This document shows positions 19,177 through 29,280 of a stretch of DNA of 64,000 nucleotides, piece after piece. A program made the translations under genes and the position numbers. The stretch is from Candidatus Eiseniibacteriota bacterium (GTDB lineage Bacteria > Orphanbacterota > Orphanbacteria > Orphanbacterales > Orphanbacteraceae). Location: contig JAFGGD010000034.1 in NCBI GenBank assembly GCA_016930695.1, forward strand, positions 135,375 through 199,374. Reading direction: 5' to 3'. Positions within the stretch are counted from its first letter, which is position 1, and each line of letters opens with the position of its first letter. The notes beneath the pieces were generated by a model that was given only the letters and a program-made list of their open reading frames with translations, was not told where the DNA came from and made no database searches.

Positions 19177-19694
19177 ACGGAATCGAGAAGGTCGCCGCCG
19201 GCGGAGCGCTGACCACCCGCGTCGACGCGCTCCTCGCCTGGGGGCGGAAGAACTCCCTCTGGCCGCTCCCCTACGGCACCGCCTGCTGCGCCATCGAGTT
19301 CATGGCGGTGGTCGCCTCCCCATTCGACCTCTCCCGCTACGGCGCCGAGGTGGTCCGCTTCTCTCCTCGTCAGAGCGATCTCCTGATCGTCTCCGGCACC
19401 ATCGTGCACAAGCAGGCGGTGATTCTCCGCCGCATCTACCATCAGATGGCGGAGCCGAAGTGGGTGATCGCCATGGGGGCGTGCGCCAGCGCCGGCGCCT
19501 TCTACGACAACTATTGCACCCTGCAGGGGATCGACTCGGTGGTCCCCGTGGACCTGTACATACCCGGCTGTCCGCCCCGCCCCGAAGCGGTGATGCACGC
19601 CCTGGTGGAACTGCAGCGCCGAATCACCGAGGGGATCCCGAGCAAGGCGCAGGTGATCCGGATGGAGGAGGAAAAGAAGGGGGAGGGGGCGTGA
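19167..19694 (+). CDS. nuoB: NADH-quinone oxidoreductase subunit B
   Basis: GTACCAIE, SPRQSD, EPKWVIAMGACA, PGCPPRPE. Confidence 0.96.
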   Translation: MGLNGIEKVAAGGALTTRVDALLAWGRKNSLWPLPYGTACCAIEFMAVVASPFDLSRYGAEVVRFSPRQSDLLIVSGTIVHKQAVILRRIYHQMAEPKWVIAMGACASAGAFYDNYCTLQGIDSVVPVDLYIPGCPPRPEAVMHALVELQRRITEGIPSKAQVIRMEEEKKGEGA

Positions 19695-21394
19695 AGGACC
19701 CGGGGAAAGGCTGGGAAGAACGCTTTCTCGCCTCGATGGAAGGGAAGGTTCGCGTCGAGGGAAACCCCTTCGGCGACTTGGTCTTCCGGACCGAGAGGGA
19801 ACACCTTCCCGCCGCGCTCCGCGCCCTCCGGGACGATCACGGCTTCGACATGCTCCTGGACACGACCGTGGTGGACCGCCTCGAACTCCCCGACCGGGAG
19901 CCGCGCTTCGACCTCGTCTACAACATGCGGCCCTCGCTGGGGGGGCTGCGCGTCCGGGTCCAGGCGCGGATTCCCGCGGAGGACCCGGTCGCCGAGTCGG
20001 CGAGCGGGATTTGGCGGGCCGCCGAATGGGGGGAGAGGGAGGTCTTCGACCAGTACGGTGTCCGCTTCCGCGGCCACCCCAACTGCAAAAGGATCTTGAA
20101 CCACAAAGATTTCGTCGGCCACCCGCTCCGGCGCGACTACGACATCAAGAAGCAGCAGTGGCTCTCCGAGCCGGACGACCTCCTGGACGAGATGGAGAAG
20201 AAGCGCGCCGCCGATCCGGAGCCCGGCGAGCGGGAGTCGATGCTGATCAACCTCGGCCCCTCCCATCCGGCGATGCACGGCGCGCTCCGCGTGCTCCTCG
20301 ACCTGGACGGGGAGACGATCCGTCACGCCGTCCCCGAGATCGGCTACCTGCACCGGGGTTTCGAGAAGAGCGCCGAGAAGGGGAACTACACCCAGGTGAT
20401 CCCCTACACGGACCGTCTGAACTACTGCAGTTCGGTGATGAACAACGTGGGCTATTGCCGGACGGTGGAGAAGATGCTCGGCGTGGAGATCACGCCGCGG
20501 GGCGCGGCGATTCGCGTGATCCTGCTCGAGCTGGGCCGGATCATGGACCACTGCGTGCAGCTCGCCGCCAACCTGGTCGACCTGGGCGCGCTCACCAACT
20601 ACTGGTATCTCTTCAACGAGCGGGAGAAGATCTACAACGTGATCGAGGCGCTCTGCGGCGCCCGGCTCACCCACTGCTATTTCCGGATCGGCGGCTCCTC
20701 CCACGACCTGCACGAGGGATTCGCCGAGGGGGTGCGGGAAGTGCTCCGCTCGGTGCCGCGGGCTCTCGCCGACGTGGAAAAGATGGTGGCGCGCAACCGG
20801 ATCTTCCTCGACCGGACCGTCGGCGTCGGGGCGATTTCCGCGGCCGACGCGATCTCTCACGGCTTCACAGGGCCCTGCCTCCGCGCCGCCGGCGTGCAGA
20901 ACGATCTCCGCAAGGACGAGCCCTATTACGGGTATGAAACGTATGACTGGGACGTGGTGGTCGGCGAGAAGGGCGACACCTACGACCGGATCTGGGTCCG
21001 TTTCGAGGAGGTCCGCCAATCTCTCCGGATCGTGGAGCAGGCGCTCACGCGCCTCCCCGGAGGCCCGGCGAACATCGACGACCCCCGTGTGGTCCTGCCG
21101 CCGAAGCGGGAGGTTTACGAGAACATCGAAGCGCTGATGAACCACTTCATGCTCACCATGTACGGGATCCGGCCCCCCGCCGGCGAGTGCTACGGGGCGA
21201 TCGAGGCGGCGAACGGCGAGCTGGGCTTTTTCACGGTGAGCGACGGGACGGGCCGCCCCTATAAGGTCAAGGTGCGCCCTCCCTGCTTCTATGTCTTCTC
21301 CGCCTTCGAGCGCCTCGTCGAGGGGGGGATGATCCAGGACGCCATCGCCGTGCTGGGGAGCCTGAACATCATCGCCGGGGAGTTGGACCGATGA
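19691..21394 (+). CDS. nuoCD: NADH-quinone oxidoreductase fused subunit C/D
   Basis: NuoC EREVFDQYGVRFRGHP..GHPLRRDY continuous with NuoD NLGPSHPAMHG, GYLHRGFEK, GELDR. Confidence 0.95.
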   Translation: MKDPGKGWEERFLASMEGKVRVEGNPFGDLVFRTEREHLPAALRALRDDHGFDMLLDTTVVDRLELPDREPRFDLVYNMRPSLGGLRVRVQARIPAEDPVAESASGIWRAAEWGEREVFDQYGVRFRGHPNCKRILNHKDFVGHPLRRDYDIKKQQWLSEPDDLLDEMEKKRAADPEPGERESMLINLGPSHPAMHGALRVLLDLDGETIRHAVPEIGYLHRGFEKSAEKGNYTQVIPYTDRLNYCSSVMNNVGYCRTVEKMLGVEITPRGAAIRVILLELGRIMDHCVQLAANLVDLGALTNYWYLFNEREKIYNVIEALCGARLTHCYFRIGGSSHDLHEGFAEGVREVLRSVPRALADVEKMVARNRIFLDRTVGVGAISAADAISHGFTGPCLRAAGVQNDLRKDEPYYGYETYDWDVVVGEKGDTYDRIWVRFEEVRQSLRIVEQALTRLPGGPANIDDPRVVLPPKREVYENIEALMNHFMLTMYGIRPPAGECYGAIEAANGELGFFTVSDGTGRPYKVKVRPPCFYVFSAFERLVEGGMIQDAIAVLGSLNIIAGELDR

Positions 21395-21891
21395 GCGCCG
21401 CGGAGAAAAGCGCGCGGCCCGCGTGGAAGGAAGAGACGCGGCGGGAGATCGAGGAGCTGCGCGGGCGTTACCCGCACCCCCACGGGATGCTCCTGCCGGT
21501 CCTCTGGCTCGCCCAGAGGGACTTCGGCTGGATCTCGCCGGAGGCGATGGAACTGGTGGCGGAAACCTGCGGCGCCACGCCGGCCCACGTCTACTCTCTG
21601 GTCACCTTCTACACCATGTTCGAGACGGAGCGGCCGATCCGCTATCACATCCAGGTGTGCCAAGGGCTCTCCTGCACGCTCCGCGGCGCGGAGGAGATTC
21701 GCGCCCACATCGAGAAGAGGCTCGGGATACGCGCCGGGATGCGCACCGAAGACGGCCGTTTCCGGCTGAGCGTGGTGGAGTGCCTCGCTTCCTGCGCCAC
21801 CGCGCCGGTGATGCAGGTGAACCGCACCTATTACGAGAACCTGACCGTCGAGAAGGTGGACGCCCTTCTCGAGGAGTGGATGAAGGAATGA
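21391..21891 (+). CDS. nuoE: NADH-quinone oxidoreductase subunit E
   Basis: TFYTMF, VCQGLSC, ECLASC 2Fe-2S ligands. Confidence 0.95.
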   Translation: MSAAEKSARPAWKEETRREIEELRGRYPHPHGMLLPVLWLAQRDFGWISPEAMELVAETCGATPAHVYSLVTFYTMFETERPIRYHIQVCQGLSCTLRGAEEIRAHIEKRLGIRAGMRTEDGRFRLSVVECLASCATAPVMQVNRTYYENLTVEKVDALLEEWMKE

Positions 21892-23159
21892 TCGCGGAGA
21901 CCCGGGTGATCACCGCCCGGATGAACGACACCGACTCGCACACCCTGGAGGGGGCCCGCGCCGCCGGCGGGTACGACGCGGCGCGGAAGGCTTTCGCCAT
22001 GGAGCCGGAGGCGGTGACGGCGCTCGTCAAGGAATCGGGCCTCCGCGGGCGGGGGGGCGCCGGTTTTCCTTGCGGTCTCAAGTGGAGCTTCCTCCGGAAG
22101 GAAAGGGACGTCACCTATCTCTGCGTGAACGCCGACGAGAGCGAGCCGGGCACCTTCAAGGACCGTCTGATCCTCGAGAGGGATCCGCACCTTCTCATCG
22201 AGGGGATCCTGATCGCCTGCCGCGCGATCCGGTGCGCCCACGCCTATCTGTACATCCGGGGGGAGTTCGATCTTCCCTACCGGCGGATCCGGGACGCGGC
22301 GGCGGAGGCGTATCGCGCGGGACTTCTCGGCCCCGACGCGGCGGGTTCGGGGCATCCGATCGACCTCACCATCCACCGCGGCGCCGGCGCCTACATCTGC
22401 GGCGAGGAGACGGGGCTTCTGAACTCGTTGGAGGGGCGAAAGGGACAGCCGCGGATCAAGCCCCCCTTCCCGACCGACGCGGGACTCTTCGGAAAGCCGA
22501 CGGTGATCAACAACGTGGAGACCCTCGCCAACCTCCCCTTCATCCTGACGAGCGGCGCCGAGGCGTATCGCGCCCACGGCACGGAGAAGAGCCCCGGGAC
22601 GCGGCTCTTCGGCGTATCCGGCCACGTGGAGCGTCCCGGTCTCTTCGAACTCGCCATGGGCGTTCCGATGCGCGCGTTGATCGAGGATCTCTGCGGCGGC
22701 GTGCGCGGGGGGAAACGGCTGAAGGCGGTGATCCCGGGCGGGTCGAGCACGCCGGTGCTGACCGCCGAAGAGGCGATGGCGGTCACTCTCGATTTTGAAT
22801 CGGTCCAGGAGGCGGGCTCCATGCTCGGCAGCGCCGGCGTGATCGTGATGGACGAGACGACGGATATGGTGAAGGCGCTGGACGTGCTGATCCGCTTCTA
22901 TGCCCACGAGTCGTGCGGGCAGTGCACCCCCTGCCGGGAGGGGGTCATCTGGATCGCGCGCACGCTCCATAAGATCGCCGAGGGGAGGGGCGGACGGGCG
23001 GACCTGGAAAAGCTGGAGGACCTGGCGCACGGAATCACGGGGAACACGATCTGCGTCTTCTCCGACGCCGCGGCGATGCCGGTGCTCAGCTTCCTCTCGA
23101 AGTTCCGCGGCGAGTTCGAGGCGCGTGTTTCCGGCGCGGGAAGGGAGGGGGCGGCGTGA
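21888..23159 (+). CDS. nuoF: NADH-quinone oxidoreductase subunit F
   Basis: GLRGRGGAGF, NADESEPGTFKD, GAYICGEETG, ESCGQCTPCREG. Confidence 0.97.
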   Translation: MIAETRVITARMNDTDSHTLEGARAAGGYDAARKAFAMEPEAVTALVKESGLRGRGGAGFPCGLKWSFLRKERDVTYLCVNADESEPGTFKDRLILERDPHLLIEGILIACRAIRCAHAYLYIRGEFDLPYRRIRDAAAEAYRAGLLGPDAAGSGHPIDLTIHRGAGAYICGEETGLLNSLEGRKGQPRIKPPFPTDAGLFGKPTVINNVETLANLPFILTSGAEAYRAHGTEKSPGTRLFGVSGHVERPGLFELAMGVPMRALIEDLCGGVRGGKRLKAVIPGGSSTPVLTAEEAMAVTLDFESVQEAGSMLGSAGVIVMDETTDMVKALDVLIRFYAHESCGQCTPCREGVIWIARTLHKIAEGRGGRADLEKLEDLAHGITGNTICVFSDAAAMPVLSFLSKFRGEFEARVSGAGREGAA

Positions 23160-24682
23160 GCGGCGGCGTGGAGACGGTCCGATTCACGTTGAACGGCGTG
23201 GAGCGAGAAGCGCCCAAAGGGATGCTGCTCATCGACGCGGCGCGTCTCCACGGCGTCGACATCCCCCGTTACTGTTCCCATCCGGGGTTGAAGCCGGAGG
23301 GGAACTGCCGCATGTGCGTGGTGGAGATCGAGAAGATGCCCAAGCTGCAAACCTCCTGCACCACGCCCGTCCAGGAGGGGATGGTGGTCCACACCGAGTC
23401 GGAGAGGGTCCTCGAGGAGAGACGCCGGGTGATGGAGTTTCTCCTCGTGAACCATCCCATCGATTGCCCCATCTGCGACCAGGCCGGCGAGTGCATGCTC
23501 CAGGAGTACTACATGCGCCACGACCTGCAACCCTCGCGCGTCGAGCTCGAGGAGAAGATCCACAAGCCGAAGAGGGTGGACCTGGGGCCGCTCGTGGTTC
23601 TCGACGCGGAGCGCTGCGTCCTCTGCTCCCGCTGCGTCCGCTTCTGCCGGGACGTGGCCGGCGTGGAGGAACTGGCGATCAAAAACCGGGGCGGTCACGC
23701 GGAGATCACCGCCTTTCCGGGACGGCGCCTCGAGAACCCCTATTCGGGGAACGTGATCGACATCTGCCCCGTCGGCGCCCTCACCAGCAGGGATTTCCGT
23801 TTCAAGGTGCGGGTCTGGTTCCTGAAGACCGCCGAGTCGGTCTGCCCGGGCTGCGAGCGGGGATGCTCGATCCATATCGAGCAGTACCAAAACGAAGTGC
23901 AGAGGATCCGCCCGCGGGAGAACCTCCGGGTCAACCGGTATTGGATCTGCGATTTCGGCCGGCTTGATTATCGATGGATCAATGAAAATCGTCTCCTTTC
24001 CGCCGAGGGTCCGTCGGGCCGGCTCCGTCCGGAGGAGGCGGACCGGGAGGCGGCGCGCCTGCTGCGGGAGGCGAAGGCGCCCCTTCTGGTCGCGTCGCCG
24101 CGCATGTCGAACGAGAGTCTCTTCGCGCTCCGTCTCTTTCGGGAGAAGGCGCTTCCCGAGGCGCGGATCGCCGGCGGCTCCTTCCGGGAGCCGTGGGAGG
24201 GGGACGCGATCCTGAAGCGGCCCGACCGGAATCCGAACCGGCGCGGCATGGAGACGCTCGGCCTCGCCGGCGGACCGGAGGAGGCGCTCCGCGCCGGGCC
24301 GGATCTGGTGCTCGTGATCGAGAACGATCTCCTGGGCGACCGGCCGGAGGCGAAGGAGCTTCTTACGGGGAAGAAAGTGATCGTGCTCGCGTCGAACCGG
24401 GACGCCACCGCCTCGGCGGCGGGACTCCGCGTTCCGGTGGCGACCTACGCGGAGACGGAGGGGAGCTGGACCAACTTCGAGGGGATCACCCAGACCTTCC
24501 ATCCGGTGCTGCGGCCGGTGGGGGATTCCCGGAGCGTGGCCGAGGCGCTCGCGGGGATCGCCGCCGCGCTCGGCGCCGACCTCGGCCCGGTGGACGCGGG
24601 GACACTCCGCGCCGCGGTTCTTCGCGAGGCGCCGCAGCTCGATCCGGCCCGCGGAAGGGAGGAGGACGGCCGTGTGGGTTGA
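23156..24682 (+). CDS. nuoG: NADH-quinone oxidoreductase subunit G (short form)
   Basis: PRYCSHP..GNCRMCVVE, NHPIDCPICDQAGEC, RCVLCSRCVRFC, CPVGAL, CPGCERGC..C; only 508 aa. Confidence 0.9.
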   Translation: MSGGVETVRFTLNGVEREAPKGMLLIDAARLHGVDIPRYCSHPGLKPEGNCRMCVVEIEKMPKLQTSCTTPVQEGMVVHTESERVLEERRRVMEFLLVNHPIDCPICDQAGECMLQEYYMRHDLQPSRVELEEKIHKPKRVDLGPLVVLDAERCVLCSRCVRFCRDVAGVEELAIKNRGGHAEITAFPGRRLENPYSGNVIDICPVGALTSRDFRFKVRVWFLKTAESVCPGCERGCSIHIEQYQNEVQRIRPRENLRVNRYWICDFGRLDYRWINENRLLSAEGPSGRLRPEEADREAARLLREAKAPLLVASPRMSNESLFALRLFREKALPEARIAGGSFREPWEGDAILKRPDRNPNRRGMETLGLAGGPEEALRAGPDLVLVIENDLLGDRPEAKELLTGKKVIVLASNRDATASAAGLRVPVATYAETEGSWTNFEGITQTFHPVLRPVGDSRSVAEALAGIAAALGADLGPVDAGTLRAAVLREAPQLDPARGREEDGRVG

Positions 24683-25943
24683 CGTGACCGTCGTCGCCGC
24701 GCTCGCCTTCGCCGCCGCCCTGGCGCCGCTCATGTCGATTCCCCTCCTCGTCTGGGCGGAGAGGAAGATGAGCGCTTTCATCCAGGACCGGACGGGACCG
24801 AACCGCGCGGAGATCCTCGGCCTCCGGCTCGGCGGGCTGGTCCACCCCTTCGCGGACGTGGTGAAGCTGATCACCAAGGAGGACCTGACGCCGGAGAGGG
24901 CGGACCGCTTCTATTACACGCTCGCCCCCTTCCTGGCGCTCTTCGTCTCCCTGCTCGCCTTCGCCATTCTTCCGCTGGCGGACACGCTCCACTTCGGCGG
25001 CCGCGCTCTGCCGATGCGGGCGCTGACGCTGAACGCGGGAATCCTCTACATCCTGGCGGTGACCGGGTTCCACGTGTACGCGGTGGTGATCGCCGGCTGG
25101 GCATCCCACAACGGCTACGCGCTCCTCGGCGGCCTCCGATCGGCGGCGCAGATGGTGAGCTACGAGCTGGCGCTCGGCCTCTCGCTGGTCGGCGTGGTCC
25201 TCGTGGCCGGCACGCTCGACCCGGGCGAAATCGTCGCCGGTCAGAGCGGCGTTCTCTTCGGTTTCCTCCCCCGCTGGAACGTGTTCCTCCAGCCCGTCGG
25301 CTTCGTCCTCTTCCTGATCGCCCTCTTCGCCGAAACGAACCGAAACCCCTTCGACCTGCCGGAGGGGGAGTCCGAGATTATCGGTTTTCACGTCGAATAT
25401 TCGAGCATGCGTTTCGCGTCCTTTTTCATGGCCGAGTACGCGTCCATGTTCACCGGAAGCGCCGTGGCGGCCTCGCTCTTCTTCGGCGGTTGGCAGGTCC
25501 CCTGGATCGGCACCGAGGCGCTCCGGGCGAACGCGCCCCTCGTAGCGCGGGTCGCCTTCGGGGCGCTGGCGGCGTTTTGCATCGTCGCGGCTCTCATCGC
25601 GCAGGGATACAAGGGGAGGCTCGCCCGCCTCTACCGGGACCGGCGGAGCCGCGAGGCGACGGTGCTGCAGATGATCTTTCTCTTTACCGCCGCCGTCTCG
25701 CTGATCCTGCTCGCCTTTCTCTCGACTCTCCCCCCTTGGGGGGCGCAGGTGCTGATCGCCTTGGTGCAGGGGGCTTTCCTTCTCGGGAAGACCCTCGCCT
25801 TTACGTTCCTGTTCATTTGGGTCCGTTGGACCCTTCCCCGGTTCCGCTACGACCAGCTGATGGGTCTCGGGTGGAAGAGCCTGGTCCCTCTGGCTCTGCT
25901 CAACCTGGCGGTGACGGGGATCGTGCTTCTCTGGTTCGATTAG
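24672..25943 (+). CDS. nuoH: NADH-quinone oxidoreductase subunit H (with insertion)
   Basis: ERKMSAFIQDRTGPNR, DVVKLITKE, AETNRNPFDLPEGESE, PRFRYDQLM. Confidence 0.95.
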   Translation: MWVDVTVVAALAFAAALAPLMSIPLLVWAERKMSAFIQDRTGPNRAEILGLRLGGLVHPFADVVKLITKEDLTPERADRFYYTLAPFLALFVSLLAFAILPLADTLHFGGRALPMRALTLNAGILYILAVTGFHVYAVVIAGWASHNGYALLGGLRSAAQMVSYELALGLSLVGVVLVAGTLDPGEIVAGQSGVLFGFLPRWNVFLQPVGFVLFLIALFAETNRNPFDLPEGESEIIGFHVEYSSMRFASFFMAEYASMFTGSAVAASLFFGGWQVPWIGTEALRANAPLVARVAFGALAAFCIVAALIAQGYKGRLARLYRDRRSREATVLQMIFLFTAAVSLILLAFLSTLPPWGAQVLIALVQGAFLLGKTLAFTFLFIWVRWTLPRFRYDQLMGLGWKSLVPLALLNLAVTGIVLLWFD

Positions 25944-25950
25944 GGGTGCG

Positions 25951-26427
25951 GTGATGATCGGAATCCGAAAAGTGGGCCGTCCGATGAACGCGCCGGAGCG
26001 CTGGTATCTGATCGAGGTGCTCCGGGGGATGGGGGTTTCCCTCCGCCACCTGGTGAGGAACATCTTTCATCAGGACGAGATGCCCACCCTTCAGTACCCG
26101 GAGGAAAAGCGGATCCTCCCGGAGCGTTTCCGCGGGAGGCACCGGCTGATGAAGCGGGAAGACGGGACGCCGCGCTGCACCGCCTGTTTCTGCTGTCAGA
26201 CCGCATGCCCCGCCGACTGCATCAGCATCGAGGCGGGGGAGAGGGAGGACGGCGGGGAGAAGGTGGCGGTCCGGTTTGACATCAATATCCTGCGTTGCGT
26301 ATTCTGCGGTTTCTGCGTGGAGGCGTGCCCCTGCGACGCGATCCGGATGGACACGGGCAAGTACGAGCTGGCCGACGACCGGCGGGAGAAGTTGATCTAC
26401 GACATCGACTTCCTCCTAAACCGTTGA
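25951..26427 (+). CDS. nuoI: NADH-quinone oxidoreductase subunit I
   Basis: QYPEEK, RFRGRH, two CxxCxxCxxxCP ferredoxin motifs. Confidence 0.95.
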   Translation: MMIGIRKVGRPMNAPERWYLIEVLRGMGVSLRHLVRNIFHQDEMPTLQYPEEKRILPERFRGRHRLMKREDGTPRCTACFCCQTACPADCISIEAGEREDGGEKVAVRFDINILRCVFCGFCVEACPCDAIRMDTGKYELADDRREKLIYDIDFLLNR

Positions 26428-26437
26428 CGGGAGAACG

Positions 26438-26935
26438 ATGCTGATCGTCCTTTTCTGGATCCTCTCCGGACTCGCCGTCCTCGCGGCGATAGGGACCGTG
26501 ACCCGGCGGAACCCGCTCTCGGCGGCGCTCTCGCTGGTGATCTGCCTGACGGCGGTGGCGGGACTCTTCGCCGTGCTGGAGGCGCACTTCCTCTTCGCGA
26601 TCCAACTGCTCGTTTACGCCGGCGCGATCATGGTCCTCGTTCTTTACGTCATCATGCTCCTGAACCTGAAGGAGCGGGAGACCCGTCCCCTCGGCGTTTC
26701 CCGGCCCCGCGCCGCCTTCGCCGGGATCGCCGCGGCGCTCGTTCTCGCCGTGCTCGCCCGTGTGTGGGGTTCCCTCGCCGCCTCGCCGCCCGCGCCGCCG
26801 GAGAAGGGATTCGGAACGGTCGAGTCGATGGCGGGAGTTCTGTTTACGAAATATCCGTTTCCGTTTGAAGTGATATCGATTCTCCTGCTGGCGGCCGTGG
26901 TCGGCGCGGTCGTTTTGGCGATGAGGAAGTTCTGA
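26438..26935 (+). CDS. nuoJ: NADH-quinone oxidoreductase subunit J
   Basis: QLLVYAGAIMVL, PFEVISILLL. Confidence 0.95.
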   Translation: MLIVLFWILSGLAVLAAIGTVTRRNPLSAALSLVICLTAVAGLFAVLEAHFLFAIQLLVYAGAIMVLVLYVIMLLNLKERETRPLGVSRPRAAFAGIAAALVLAVLARVWGSLAASPPAPPEKGFGTVESMAGVLFTKYPFPFEVISILLLAAVVGAVVLAMRKF

Positions 26936-27237
26936 TGCCGCCGGAAACACACCTGCTCGCGGTCAGTACGGTTCTCTTCCTGATCGGATGCGTGGGCGTT
27001 CTCGCCCGCAGGAATCTGCTGGTGGTCCTGATGGCGGTGGAGATCATGCTGAACGCGGCGAACCTGGCTTTCGCCGCCTTCGCGCGCGCCCGAGGGGCCA
27101 TGGACGGACAGGTGGTCGTCTTTTTCGTGATCGCCGTCGCCGCCGCCGAGGCGGCGGTGGGACTGGCGATCGTCGTGGCGCTGTACCGAAAACGCGGAAC
27201 GGTGAACATCGATCGGTTCACCTCTCTGCACCAATAG
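26935..27237 (+). CDS. nuoK: NADH-quinone oxidoreductase subunit K
   Basis: RRNLLVVLMAVEIMLNA, AAAEAAVGLA. Confidence 0.96.
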   Translation: MPPETHLLAVSTVLFLIGCVGVLARRNLLVVLMAVEIMLNAANLAFAAFARARGAMDGQVVVFFVIAVAAAEAAVGLAIVVALYRKRGTVNIDRFTSLHQ

Positions 27238-27303
27238 CCGGGATCTTGCGCGGTTTTCGTCGGTAGAAGGATCGCGCGACATCCAGGCGAGGAGGGGGGA
27301 AGA

Positions 27304-29277
27304 GTGGAGAGCGCTCTTCTCTGGATTCTGGTCCTGCCGCTCTTGGGGGCGGCGGTGAACGGCGTCGCGGCGACCGCCTCGGCCCGCCTAGGCCGACCCT
27401 TGCCGCGGGCCTTCTCGGCGGCGGTGGGCTGCGCCGGACCGACGATCAGTTTCCTCCTCGTCCTCCTCCTCTTCCGGCGGATGCTCGGTCTTCCCGAGGG
27501 GGAACGCCTCCTCGAGCGGGAGGTGTTCCGCTGGATCGACGCCGGTTCGCTCACGATCCATCTCCGCCTTCTCGCCGATCCGCTCGGTACGGTGATGGCC
27601 CTGGTGGTCACCGGCGTGGGCGGCTTGATTCACTATTACTCCATCGGCTACATGGCGGAGGATCGCGGCCACGCCCGCTATTTCTCCTTTCTGAATCTGT
27701 TCCTCTTCTTCATGCTCCTCCTGATCCTCGGCGACTCCCTGGCGACCCTCTTCGTCGGTTGGGAAGGAGTGGGGCTCTGCTCCTATCTGCTCATCGGTTT
27801 CTGGTTCGAAGACCGGGCGAAGGCGACGGCGGGGAAGAAGGCGTTCCTGGTGAACCGGATCGGCGACTTCGGCTTCCTCCTCGGCATGCTCCTTCTGGCG
27901 GTCGGTTTCGGCGGGAACGGCGGCGTCGCCACCCTGAAGATCTCCGAGATCGCGGCGCGCCTCCACGAGCTGCCGCCGGGAGTGATCGAGGGGGCGGCGC
28001 TCCTGCTCTTCCTCGGCGCCACCGGAAAGTCGGCGCAGATCCCGCTTTACGTCTGGCTCCCCGACGCCATGGCGGGACCCACGCCGGTTTCGGCGCTGAT
28101 CCACGCCGCCACCATGGTGACCGCCGGCGTCTATATGATCGCGCGCATGGAGGCGCTCTACGCGGCGGCGCCGATCGCCTCGGCCGTCGTGCTCGTCGTC
28201 GGCGCGGCGACGGCGCTCTTCGCGGCGGTGATCGGGATCGCTCAGACGGACATCAAGAAGGTGCTCGCCTACTCCACGGTGAGCCAGCTCGGTTACATGA
28301 TGATCGGGGTCGGCGCCGGCGCCTTCGCGGCGGGGATCTTTCACGTATTCACCCACGCCTTCTTCAAGGCCTGTCTCTTTCTGGGCGCCGGGTCCGTGAT
28401 CCATGCCCTCCATCACGAGCAGGACATCCGAAGGATGGGCGGGCTCCTGAAGCGGATGCCCCTCACCGGCTGGACTTTTCTCGTCTCCGCGGCGGCGATC
28501 GCCGGGTTCCCGCCCCTGTCGGGGTTTTTCTCCAAGGACGAGATCCTCTTCCGCGCCTTCACGGGCGCCAACGAGGCGGTTCCCTGGGCGCCGCGTTTCG
28601 CCTGGATCCTCGGCACGCTGGCGGCGGTGCTCACCGCCTTTTACATGTTCCGTCTCTTCTTTCTGGTCTTCGCAGGCGACGCGCGGGGGGAAGGGGCGAA
28701 GCACGCCCGCGAATCGAACGGGTGGTTCACCGTCCCCCTCGTGATCCTGGCGGCGGGCGCGGCGCTCGCGGGTTTTCTCGGCGTGCCGGCCGCCCTCGGC
28801 GGCGCGAACCGTTTCGAGGCGTTTCTCGCCTCGGGCGGCGGTTCCGCCGCGCACGGCCACGGGCATTTCCCGGCCCATCCCGCCTCCCACGGCGCGGAGC
28901 TGGGGCTGATGGGGCTCGCGGCGATCATCGCCCTCGCCGGCACCCTCCTCGCCTGGTGGCTTTACAGGCGGGATCCGGAGCGGCCGGCGCGGATCGCGGC
29001 GCGCTTTCCCGCGGCGTACCGGACGATTCGGGACAAATTCTACGTGGACGAGGTCTACTACCTGCTCGTCGTGCTGCCGCTGACGGGGATCTCCCGGCGG
29101 CTCCTCTGGCGGGTGGTGGACGTGCGGTTCGTGGACGGTCTGGTGAACCTGACCGGACACCTGACCCGGGGCGCGAGCTTTCTGGTCCGCTTCGCCCAGA
29201 CCGGACACGCGCAGACTTACGGCTTCGTGATCCTGGCGGCGGTGGCGGCGCTGCTCTGGAAGGTGTTTTCGGGGTAA
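27304..29277 (+). CDS. nuoL: NADH-quinone oxidoreductase subunit L
   Basis: WEGVGLCSYLLIGFW, GKSAQIPLYVWLPDAMAGPTPVSALIHAATM, HAFFKACLFL. Confidence 0.97.
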   Translation: MESALLWILVLPLLGAAVNGVAATASARLGRPLPRAFSAAVGCAGPTISFLLVLLLFRRMLGLPEGERLLEREVFRWIDAGSLTIHLRLLADPLGTVMALVVTGVGGLIHYYSIGYMAEDRGHARYFSFLNLFLFFMLLLILGDSLATLFVGWEGVGLCSYLLIGFWFEDRAKATAGKKAFLVNRIGDFGFLLGMLLLAVGFGGNGGVATLKISEIAARLHELPPGVIEGAALLLFLGATGKSAQIPLYVWLPDAMAGPTPVSALIHAATMVTAGVYMIARMEALYAAAPIASAVVLVVGAATALFAAVIGIAQTDIKKVLAYSTVSQLGYMMIGVGAGAFAAGIFHVFTHAFFKACLFLGAGSVIHALHHEQDIRRMGGLLKRMPLTGWTFLVSAAAIAGFPPLSGFFSKDEILFRAFTGANEAVPWAPRFAWILGTLAAVLTAFYMFRLFFLVFAGDARGEGAKHARESNGWFTVPLVILAAGAALAGFLGVPAALGGANRFEAFLASGGGSAAHGHGHFPAHPASHGAELGLMGLAAIIALAGTLLAWWLYRRDPERPARIAARFPAAYRTIRDKFYVDEVYYLLVVLPLTGISRRLLWRVVDVRFVDGLVNLTGHLTRGASFLVRFAQTGHAQTYGFVILAAVAALLWKVFSG

Positions 29278-29280
29278 AGA

